Positions 24,801 through 36,800 of a stretch of DNA of 64,000 nucleotides are shown here, one piece after another; positions within the stretch are counted from its first letter, which is position 1, and each line of letters begins with the position of its first letter. A program made the position numbers and the translations under genes. The notes beneath the pieces were generated by a model that had not been told where the DNA came from, searched no databases, and saw only the letters and a list, made by a program, of their open reading frames with translations. Source of the stretch: Leucoraja ocellata (Eukaryota); the NCBI GenBank assembly GCA_036785375.1, contig JAWMAR010000005.1:496001-560000 (forward strand). Direction: 5' to 3'.

Positions 24801-27800
24801 TTGCATGCTAACCAGTCAATGGAAAGACAATACATAATAACAATAGAGCCATCCACAGATACACGATAAAGGGAATAACGTGAATAATGTTTCGTGCTAG
24901 ATAAAGCCAGTGAAGTCCGATCAAAGATGGTCCAAGGATCTCCAATGTATATCTTAGTTCCAGAGGAACTCAGCAGGTCAGAAACATAGAAACATAGAAA
25001 TTAGGTGCAGGAGTAGGCCATTCGGCCCTTCGAGCCTGCACCGCCATTCAATATGATCATGGCTGATCATCCAACTCAGTATCCCGTACCTGCCTTCTCT
25101 CCATACCCCCTGATCCCCTTAGCCACAAGGGCCACATCTAACTCCCTCTTAAATATAGCCAATGAACTGGCCTCAACTACCCTCTGTGGCAGAGAGTTCC
25201 AGAGATTCACCACTCTCTGCGTGAAAAAAGTTCTTCTCATCTCGGTTTTAAAGGATTTCCCCTTTATCCCCCTTGTCAGCCAACATCTGTGAAGGTAAAT
25301 GGACAGACAGTTTTTCGGGTCAAGACCTCTTCAGACTGATGGAGTAGGAGAGAGCTGGTGGAAAGTGGTGAGGGAGTAGGGGTGGGGCAAGAGCTTGCAA
25401 GTGACAGGTAGACTCAGATATGAAAGGGTTGATTGTCAGATAAATGATGTGCAGGAGGGAAAGGGGAAGATATTAACGAAGACTGGCAGTGATAAGCGGA
25501 GAAGACAAAAGATTACAAATAATGAAATCTGATAAGAAAAGAAGGTGTGAAATAAAATGTAGAACCCGAGCGCGGATGGTGAGGTAGATTGGAACCGGAA
25601 GGTGCAGGTGATGTGGCAGATATAGGAACCCAGAGGGGCTAGGGCTGTGTAAAGACTAGCGAGAGGAAAGACAGGTATGAGAGGATTTTTTGATCTGCAC
25701 CTTCTTTGTAGCTTGTTCAGTGCTTTCTGAAAGTCCAAATGCACATCAGCTAGTTCTCCCTTATCTGTGCTGCTAACTACAATCTCAAAAAATTAGCTGT
25801 TGTGGAATATGATTTCCTTTTAAAAAAACCTTTTAACTCCACCCTGTCCTGATATATTCCAAATGCCTACTTAATAATAAATTAATAATAGATTACATAT
25901 CTTCCCTCATCCACGCTTCCCCTCATTTAAACCTATCGGTCCTCTCATGCTCCCCCTCCCATCTCTGCCAATGCTTTCACTGGACTTGTCTGTTACATTT
26001 TCTACATATGAGTCCGCTGTCATTCAGGGTCCCAACCCCATGTCTCACTAGTTTATGATGGAACTGCAGATGCTGGAAAATCGAAGGTAGACAAAGTTGC
26101 TGGAGAAACTCTGTGGGTGAGGCAGCATCTATGGAGTTTCTCCAGCACTTTTGTTTTCCCTCAATAGTTTAAACTCTCTTGAGTAGCATGAGCAAACCTC
26201 TCCACAAACCCATTCAGGACTTTGTTAGGCCTCATCCACAGGTTATATAATATTGCAGGATCACTGAACTCAGTAACATTGTTCTGGTTTTAAGTATCAC
26301 AAGAGCCCATTCCTGTGCTGTACACATCTATAACCCTAATCAATCAATCAATCAATCAATCAATCAACCTTTATTGTCATCTTGCAAGCAACAGTTGTAC
26401 AGTGCAAAATGAAAAGACGTTTCCCAGGGAATACCGGAGCATCGCACATGAAATTTAAAACATTTCACACATAATAACACTAAAAACAATCCAGTCCCTG
26501 ATGGAAGTATAAATAGTTAAAAGCAGGTAAAACAACAACGTTAAAATACAGTAAAACCAATCATAAAAATGTCCGGGGCAGCTGATTTGAGTGGCCAGTG
26601 CCAGTTATTAAAGTGTCCGTGCCAGCCGCAGAATCAGGTGACTGTGAGTACAGAGTGACTGTTTAGCAGCCTCACAGCCTGTGGCAGGAAGCTGTTTAGC
26701 AGTCTTGTAGTCCGGGCTTTGATGCTGCGATATCTCTTGCCTGATGACAAGAGATCCAGGTGTGTGTGGAGGGGGTGAAGTTTGTCTTTAGCAATTCTCT
26801 GAGCTTTTTTCAGACAGCGGCTCTGGAACAGTTCTTGTACCGAGGGTAGGGAGACGCCAATGATCCTCTCTGCTCCCCTCACTACCCTCTGCAGAGCCTT
26901 CCTGTCCGAGCAGTTGCAGGTGGAGTACCACGTACTTATGCAGTACGTGAGTACAGACTCCACCGTGCCCCTGTAGAAAGTCCTGAGGATGTTGGTGGGG
27001 AGTGAGGCCTGTTTGAGTTTCCTCAGGAAGTGCAGTCGCTGATGGGCCCGTTTGACGGTCCCAGTGGTGTTCCTGGACCAGGTGAGACTGTCTGTAATTT
27101 GCACACCGAGGAACTTTATGCTCTCCACTCTCTCCACTGTAGTGCTACTGATGTTGAGGGGTGTATGCTTTGGCTGCGCCCTCCTGAAGTCGACAACCAT
27201 CTCCTTTGTTTTGTCGACATTTAATTCTAGATTATTTTTGCCGCACCAGTCCACTAGTTGTTTTACTTCCTCCTTGTACATTGATTCGTCATCTCCGCTG
27301 ATGAGTCCCACCACTGTTGTGTCATCCGTGAATTTTATGATCTTATTGTCCCTGAATCTGGCAGCACAGTCATGTGTGAGCAATGTGAACAACAGCGGGC
27401 TGAGCACACAGCCTTGAGGGGAGCCGGTGCTCAGCGTGATCGAGCCTGAAGTGTTCTTGCCAACACTGACTGACTGCGGACTCTGTCAGAAAGTCCAAGA
27501 TCCAGTGACACAGGGTGGTGTTGAGGCCCAGCAGGGTTAGTTTCTCCACAAGTCTCTGTGGGATGATGGTGTTAAACGCTGAGCTGAAGTCAATGTACAG
27601 GATTCTGGCGTATGTGTTTTTGTTTTCCAGATGCGCGAGTACTGTGTGCAGCGTGGTAGAGATGGCATCCTCTGTAGAATGGTTGGGGCGATAGGCAAAC
27701 TGGAGGGGTCTAACGATGAGGGGAGGCTGGCAGTAATGTGGGGTTTCACCAGGCGTTCAAAACACTTCATTATTATTGGGGTCAGGGCGACAGGGCGGTA

Positions 27801-30800
27801 GTCATTTAGGCAGGCAACCACTGGTTTCTTCGCTATGGGGAAGGACCATATTGCATGGAATGACTTCTTCCAAAGGAACACTGTGCACAGCCTAACAAAA
27901 CACTACATCTATTTGTTTGTGCACGTCGGGTTGATTGCATTAGTCGAAACAGGGTGGACCACGTGAAGGTTGCAATCTCCCACCCCAGAGAATGACTAAA
28001 ACAATTCTACATATTTAGTGTTCAATTCTGTGCACTCTTTAAGCAGGGTTGTGCTGAGTGTTTTTTTTTTAAGAAGACGTATTTTCCCATTAAAGTTGCA
28101 AATCCTCCGATCCTGATCCAATTCCCGAGGCTGGAGCGTGTCACTGAGGGTCACACGGCACAGTTACGGTGCTCCATGGAGAACGCTGAAGTGGGAAACA
28201 CTGACGTCCACTGGTACCGAGAACTACCCGGGCAGGACATGGAGTGGGTTTTAACACACGAGGCAGGAGGCAGCGTACGAAGGAGACCAGGCTTCACTGA
28301 GCGGTTCCAGCCGTTCAAAGACGTCTCAAACAGCAGCTTCATCCTGAATGTCACAAACGTGATGCTCAATGACTCTGCCGTCTATTACTGCACAGTGTGG
28401 GGAGATATCAGAGGGAACGGAACCCAGCTGAATGTCACTAGTAAGTTCAGTTTACACAATACTAAACAATCTCCGTTAGTGTAGATATGGAACATGCAAG
28501 GGCTGGGATAGCAGTTTTGCGCATTCATTTTTATTTCAGTTTACAATATTTACAATGTTAAAAACATTAAAAAGTATTGAATCTTGTAGTTTTCATAGTC
28601 ATACAGCGTGAAACAGGCCCTTCGGCCCAACTTGCCCATACCGATTCATTTTTATGTATTTATTTATGCTTTCTAACGAATTAGGCAGACAAATACACAT
28701 CTGTTGGCTATTTGTGGAGCATCACGTTTCTGCCCTGGCTCCTAACTCCAAGCTTACAGTCACACTTTATCTTATTAAATGGGCCACTAGGGGCGCCGCA
28801 TTGTTGGCAGCCTCTGCCACATTTTGTCTGTTATTCTCTCTTTTTTTAATTTTTAGTCAGTTTGAAAGTTTGTTTTTGAGATTTCTTTAGCTTTTCAATG
28901 TGGGAGAGGGGGGTAGGGTAAGGGAGAAACCGTTTCCCAGTCACTTCCTGACGAGGACGTGACTATTCTCCGATTCACATCCTCGCCCCCATCCTCGCTG
29001 CCTACCACCTGGATTGGAGCGGCCTTTCCTGCCGGGGACCCGGACCAGAGCTTGAGCAGCGACAGCGCAGCGCTGGATACATCGCGGAGTGGGCGATTGC
29101 TTACCTGGATCGCCGTTGAAGCTGCGGAGTGTTGGGCCTGCTGCTTCAACATCTGAGCTGTGGTTTGCAGAGCTTCCAGCGCGGCCGGCACTGACATCAA
29201 CATCGCGGAGTCCTGGGGCCCTTTGCCAAGGGCCGCCAGCGTGGTATCTCCGCCCAGCGCGGTCTGTGGACTTTGGGTGCCGCGGACTCCGGTCGGAGGT
29301 GGCCGATTCAGATGTCCAAGCCGCTGAGGATGTCCTCCAGTCCTGACATCGGACTTCCATCACCCCGGCGAGTGGCCCTGAACAGGGGGCCGCCCATAGC
29401 GGCGACTGCAGGGGGTTCATGAGCCCCCCGACCACATGAGGACAACAGAGGAGGATGACTGAATTTTGGAGCCTTCCCTCACAGTGGGAAACTTTGGTCC
29501 CGCTGTGTGGGGATGTCTGTGTTAAAGACTATCGTATTATGTACTCATTATTATTCGTATGGCTGTATGGTGACCATATATTTCACTGTACCAATTGGTA
29601 CATGCGACAAGTAAATGTATCTTGTATCTTGTATTGTGTTAGCCTGAATCTGACCCCACCATCTTGTGCTCACCAAACAGGGCCCCATCTTTCAACATTA
29701 TAACCTTCCAGGGACAACAATTATTTAAATAATTTCCTATTGGACTCGCTCATCCCCCACCCTTTTTTTTGTTACACCACTACGCCTTCTAGTAACTGTT
29801 AACGTTCCTTCATTGGTCGCGGCATTGAGTGTAAAAGTCAGAATGTCATGCTACATCTTTATAAAACATTGGCTTGGCTGTATTTGAAGTTCAGTGTGAG
29901 TTCTAGTTGTCCCATTCTAGGTTGGATGAGCGGGGTTTGGGGTTGCCAGGGATAATGATGGAGGCAAATATAATAGTGGTGTTTAAGAGACTTTAGATGC
30001 TTTTAGTTTGGCACCCCAAAAAAATGTAGTATATTGAGGGATATTTTTCACATGTAGGTAGAGAAGGTTAGTTTAATTTTGTAAAGGGCCGGTTCTATAC
30101 TTCCTGACTATACTGTTTTATGACTATACTGTTATACTGTTTAACTAAGCACTTTCTGCTCCCTTTCTCCCTCACATCCCCCTTTCTTCCTCCGCCCCCC
30201 CCTCCCCTCCTCTGTGTCCCACCTGGACTCGCACATATTTCTCCACTCCCCCCCTCCACCTACATTCCTCTGGCTTCATAACTTCAATAATTTTGTAACA
30301 CATGGGCATGGATATGAGTGACTGGGACGTTGTAGCCATGACTGAAACCTGGTTAAGGGAGGGGCAGGACTGGCAGCTCAATGTTCTGGGGTACAGGAGC
30401 TTCAGGAGAGACAGGGCTGAGGGAAAAAGAGGACGGAGGTTGCATTGTTGGTTGAGGAAGATTTTATGACTGTGTTCGGAGGTGACATTACGGACGGTTC
30501 GCCTAGTGAGGCTATATGGGTGGAGCTGAGGAACAAGAAAGGGATGATAACCTTGTTGGGGGTGTACTACAGACCCCCGAATAGTCAATGGGAATTAGAA
30601 GAACAAATGTGCCAGGAGATTGCAGACAGCTGCAGGTCAAATAAGGTTGTTGTAGTAGGGGATTTTAACTTTCCTGATATAGACTGGGAAAATCATAGTG
30701 TGAAGGGTTTAGACGGGGTGCAATTTATCAAAAGTGTTCAGCAGAGTTTTCTTAAGCAGTATGTGGAGGCCCCCAGACATGAGAGGGAAACGCTGGATCT

Positions 30801-33800
30801 AGTATTGGGAAAATGGGAAGGGCAAGTTAAGGAAGTATGTGTGAAGGAACCTTTTGGACCAGAGTTTGCTTATGTTTAAGATAGTTATGGATTCGAACGG
30901 AGAGGGTCCACGTGTTAAAATGCTCAACTGGGGTAAGGCCAACTTTGAGGGTATGAGAGAAGGTCTCGCTAAAATTGATGGGAGTATGTTATTTGAGGGG
31001 AAAGGAACATCGGCCAAGTGGAGTGAAGGGCAAAGCAGGCAATCGTAAGGAAGCTTAGCTGATGAGGGAAATTGAGACGTTAGTTAAAAACAAGATTGAA
31101 GCTATGGGCTTTAAACATAGCGCTATGGCCACAGCGCTGTGGGTCACAGACTGTTCAGGAAACTTCTCGTATAACAATGAGTCTTTGGAATTCTCTTTGA
31201 GCCTTTGATTATTTTTCAGGTAGTGGTAGAATTCTGGATAAGCCTAGTGGTGAAAGGTTACCAGTGGTATTGCAGTTACATTGGGGATTGGCCTTGATTT
31301 TACAGAACGGTGGGTGGGCTCAAGGGGGAGAGAGGGAGGGTGGAGAGAGAGGGGTGAAGATAGGTAGAGGATGCAGAGGGGAGGGGGAGAGGGAGGAGAG
31401 AGGGAGAGAGGGAATGAGAGGGGAAGGAGAAAAAAAGGAGAGAGGGGGATGGGAGGGGAGGGGGAAGGAGGGAGGGAGAGGGAGGGAAGGAGAGAGGAAG
31501 GAGAGAGAGAGAGGGAGCGAGGGAGGGAGACTTCCAATATGGATTCTACATCATCATCTGGTGCTAAAAGCAGTATACAACGAGATTGCAATGAATGGAC
31601 CATTAAGTAAGGTGTGTAGAAGACATGTCAATTGCTAGCGAAGTTATGCATTCTTGCATCCTTACCAACTGCATCACAGTATGGTATGGCAACTGCTCTG
31701 TCTCCGACCGGAAGGCATTGCAGAGGGTGGCGAAGTTATGCATTCAACACTCCACTGCGGCAAGCCTCAACGACTTCCACCCAGTTGCACTTACCCACAT
31801 CATCACCAAGTGCTTCGAGAGGCTGGTCCTGGCACACCTCAAAAGCTGCCTACCCCCCACACTGGATCCCTATCAGTTTGCCTACCGCAAGAACAGGAGT
31901 ACGGAGGATGCCATCTCAACGGCACTTCACTCCGCCCTCTCCCACCTTGACAACAGAGACACTTATGTAAGAATGCTGTTCATCGATTACAGCTCAGCAT
32001 TCAACACCATTATTCCATCAAAACTGATCACCAAACTCGGTAACCTGGGCATCGACCCCTCCCTCTGCAACTGGATACTGGACTTTCTAACCAACAGACC
32101 CCAGTCTGTGAGGTTAGACAAGCACACCTCTTCAACCCTCACCCTGAACACCGGCGTTCCTCAGGGCTGTGTGCTGAGCCCCCTCCTCTACTCCCTCTTC
32201 ACCTATGACTGCACACCTGTACATGGTACTAACACCATCATCAAGTATGCAGATGATACAACGGTGATTGGCCTCATCAGCAACAACGATGAGCTGGCCT
32301 ACAGGGAGGAGGTCCAGCACTTAGCAGCATGGTGCGCTGACAACAACCTGGCCCTTAACTCCAAGAAGACCAAGGAGCTCATTGTAGACTTCAGGAAGTC
32401 CAGAGGCGGCACGCACACCCCCATCCACATTAACGGGACGGAGGTGGAACGTGTTTCTAGCTTCAGGTTCCTGGGAGTCAACATCTCCGATGACCTCTCT
32501 TGGACCCACAATACCTCTACTCTGATCAAGAAGGCTCATCAGCGTCTCTTCTTCCTGAGGAGACTGAAGAAGGTCCATCTGTCTCCTCAGATCCTGGTGA
32601 ACTTCTACCGCTGCACCATCGAGAGCATCCTTACCAACTGCATCACAGTATGGTATGGCAACTGCTCTGTCTCCGACCGGAAGGCATTGCAGAGGGTGGT
32701 GAAAATTGCCCCCCCCCCCCCCCGGACACTTATTATTTTTTTTTTTATTCAAATCGTTTGCTATGTCGCTCTTCAAGGGAGATGCTAAATGCATTTCGTT
32801 GTCTCTGTACTGTACACTGACAATGACAATTAAAATTGAATCTGAATCTGAATCTGAATCTTGTACTCTTACATGGGTATAGCCGCACATAAAAAACAGC
32901 ATTTTTTTCAGCAAAGCGCACCGCATCAAAATACTGATTGCAAAATACTGATTTTCAGGTACTAGAATACTGAAATGCTATGACAGAACTTAGCAGCTCT
33001 GCATTAAGGACTCTGCATTAATCCCAAAAGACTTTATGGGGGGACATAACGGGTAACTAGAGAGAGAGTGGGACCTCTCAAGAATCAAAGCGGTCACCTC
33101 TGTGCAGCCACAGGAGATGGGCAAGGTCCTAAATGAGTATTTCTCCTCTGTATTTACTGAGGAGAAAGACAGTAGGATGGAGGAAATTGGAGCAGTCACT
33201 GAAAATGTCTTGAGAGCAGTCGGTGTTACCGTCGAAGAAGTACTGAAGGTACTGTCGTGTTTGAAGGTAGACAAATCTCCAGGCCCTGATCAGATATATC
33301 CGCTTTTGCAGTGGCAGCACCTAGACTATGGAACAGCATCCCTCTCCCGATCAGAACTATCCCCTCCATCAACTCTTTTAAGTCTAGACTTAAAACATAT
33401 TTCTATTCGTAAGCGTTTCTTGAGGTCCTCTGAGGGAGCATGGTATGTATATATTTATGTACGTATTGTTAGATCTATGTACCACTGTTTGTAGCATGTT
33501 AGTACCTGCACTGATGTAAAGCACTTTTGTCAACAGTCGGTTTAAATGTGCAATAGAAATAAATTTGACTTGAAAACATTGCGGGAAACTGGAGAGAAAA
33601 TTGCGGGAGCACTGGCTGAAATTTACGAGTGCAGGAGAGGTGCTGGATGGTGGCAAATGTTGTGCCTCTCCACTAATATAAATAAACGCAGCCTGTTCCC
33701 GTGCTACACTGCTACTATTTCTATGTTTTATTACAGACATTCACTTTGTTCCACCCCCTGCCCTCCCCCAGGTTCCTGGCTACTTAGACCAACCTGTTCT

Positions 33801-36800
33801 CTCAGACCAACTGGCTTTCTCAGTTCTGATGAAGGATTTTCAACTTGCAGCGTAGATTGTATCTCTCCCCACAGATGCAACCTGATCTACTGAGTGTGTT
33901 CACCATTTTCTAGTTTTTAATCCCAATCTGGGTTGCTTTGGAGAATACTATGATGGGGAATCTTCAGCGCTGCTTCCCTTGCAGGTTCAAAGCTGGAGTG
34001 TTTACTTAAAATGAGAGAAATAAACACAGGTTGCATCTAAACTCTATAAACCGTTGATATTTTTCAGATCAAACATATGAAAAGTTGTCTTTGAAAATCT
34101 TGGGCGGTATTGTAGCCTGTGTCCTAGTATTCGTCCTCTTATTCATCATCTTAGCAATAGCAGTGTGCTATATGAAGAAATGGGTGTGCTTCCAACACAT
34201 GTTTAAACCCGAAGGGTAAGTAAAATGTATTTTCACATCTTGCTTTAATATGATATTGAATTAAGCATGGTGGGCACAGGCGTTGAATCCAGCAAAGACC
34301 GGAGGAAAGAGTCGTGGAACATGGAAGTTTTGTGGGATGGAACAGTTCAGGCACAGGTGCAAAGGTGGGGTTACTGCCTTAGACTTTTTTTTGTCTGTGG
34401 CCGTAAAGCTAAAATGCTATAACACCACATTTGTTTCTCTTGTATTTTTATCTTTGCACCACCTGTTTTACTTGTATCTGCTTTGATTGTATAGTATGAT
34501 TTGACTGGATAGCATGCAAATAAAACTTTTCACTGTACCTCGGTACACATAAGAACAATAAACCAATATCAATGCAGTCCCATTGTTGTTCTTCAGAGAC
34601 ATTCAACAAATATAAATAGTTCACTGACAGTGTGTTCTATATCATTTCACTAGGAACTCTACTGAAGACCTGAACCCAGTTTATTCAACAGTTGCAGGTA
34701 AAAAATAAATTTCAGTACTCATATTGTGGATTTCTTCAAATGTTGTCTATGTTCAGTAATGATTCCAAATGTAAGAACATAAGAAACAGTCAAGGAAGTA
34801 GCCCAGTGTTGCACCATTCTCAACAAAACTATTCAACCTCTTTGGCTTTTCAATTCCTTTAAACATACTCAACAAATTAGCTTCACAGTTCTCTGTCAGA
34901 GAAATAAAAAGATTCAAAGCAATCTTCAAAGAAAATTCTGCACAACAGTCATCTTGCTCTAACACCATATCTGAGTGAATCTGTGGAATCCGTTGCCATG
35001 GATGACAGTGGAGGCCATGCCATTGGGTGTTTTTAAAGCCGAGATTGATAGGTCGTTGGTTAGTGAGGGTGCCAAATGTTACAGAGAGAGGATGGGATAA
35101 TGGGGTTGAGAGGGAAATATCGATCAGCCATGATTGAATGGTGGAACAAACTTGATGGGCCAAAATGGCCTAAATCTGCTCCTATATCTTAGATCAATAG
35201 GAACAGTTGGAATACATACCTCCTCTCTTTTAGATCTTGTATCTGAACAATCTTATTCAAGCACTCAAGGTCTCCATCAAGGCAACTAAAATAGAGTTTT
35301 GGTCGATGTTTTGGGTTGTGATTATAGAGAGCAGATAGCCAACAGAAAGAGTTGAAGGGGAAGTGTGGGGCGGGGCAGGCAGTAATAGATAGAAACACAT
35401 GAAGAGAGGAAAGAGGGGCAGATGAGCCAAGTGGGGGAGCAGTTGGTGGGAATAGAGGCTGAAAGGTAATGTGGAAACAAGAGATGCTGGAATCCTACAG
35501 AAGGTGACATGCGGAAACAATGGTTCAATAGTGCTTTTATTGTCACATTTGTGAAGTGCTAACACAATGAAATTATTTTTCATACATACAGTCCAGTAGA
35601 ATATTGCTATACCCCGATCCCTAATTATGGCAAGTGTACAGAAATATTGCTCGGTCCGCAATAACCTGACCTCTCGGTGGCTCAGCACTTCAACTCCGCC
35701 TCCCATTCAGTATCCGACCTCTCTGTCCTGGGTCTCCTCTATGGCCAGAGCTAGCAACATCGGAAATTGGAGGAACAGCAACTCGTATTCCGCTTGGGGA
35801 GTCTGCATCCTGGGAGCATGAACATTGAATTCACCCAATTTTGTTAGCCCTTGCTGTCTCCTCCCCTTCCTCAGCCCTCAGGCTGTCTCCTCCCATCCCT
35901 CAGTCCTTGGGCTCCTCCTCCTCCTTTTTCCTTTCTTCTCCCCGCCCAACCCCCATCAGTCTGAAGAAGGGTTTTGGCCCGAAACGTTGCCTATTTCCTT
36001 CGCTCCATAGATGCTGCTGCACCCGCTGAGTTTCTCCAGCATTTTTGTGTACCTTCGATTTTCCAGCATCTGCAGTTCATTCTTGAATACAGAAATAGTC
36101 CACTGGGCCCGCATTCAAGAGGCGCCATCTAGTAGTGCTATTTTAAAAGTCCTCGCTCTAGTTCTTATGAGAAGTGCCTGTTCCAGTCAAATCCCAGGCT
36201 GTTGCAGATCTCCAGCCATTTCCTTCCTTCAACACCACGCTACCTTATCAGATTCCAGCATCTGCAGTCGCTTGTGTCCCTAAAATAGAGAGCAGCCTGC
36301 CACCAAGTACTGCTGCCTCTGCCCTCCTCCACTAAATGGACACACCATCAGTCTTAAACAAATTATTGGATATATATCAATTCCTGCAGCCAATCAAAAG
36401 ATGCCTGCTGTAAGTGACAAATGAATGGCAGAATTTTAGAAAGACCAACATTAACACAGACTCTCAAATTTTAATCCATTTGCTAGTGGCTGAATTTAAA
36501 CCTATGATAGTGAACTAAAGGGCATATGTCCATGAATTAATTAAATTATAATCCTTTACATTCAATTGAGAAGTTTCCGGATTCACTAACTAAAAGGCAA
36601 CTTCTACAATACTGCACTGAAGCATAGGCCTACACAGTTTGGCTTAACTCCCTAAAGAGGGCCTGATCCACAGCCTGCAGACTCCAGAAGTAAACCGGAC
36701 GTCTAGCCTTTAAGACATATGTGAGTCTTGTCATGCCCCTGTCAAGAGTGAGAAACTCTTCATACATATGACAGCACGATGGCGCTGTTGTGTTGTTGTC

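Noticed and set aside
19027-28440. Interpretation as a rearranging TCR/Ig V-segment cluster or as separate germline-joined light-chain genes
   Set aside because: No RSSs, no individual leader exons for V2-V4 and no C exon found. The exons splice in phase to a TM and ITIM tail.
31244-31638. Pro/Leu/Ser-rich and Gly/Glu/Arg-rich ORFs
   Set aside because: Translation of a G/A low-complexity tract.
31625-32788. 387-aa ORF with RT similarity
   Set aside because: Truncated Rex1/Babar LINE fused to a duplicated fragment; no endonuclease domain and not a cellular gene.
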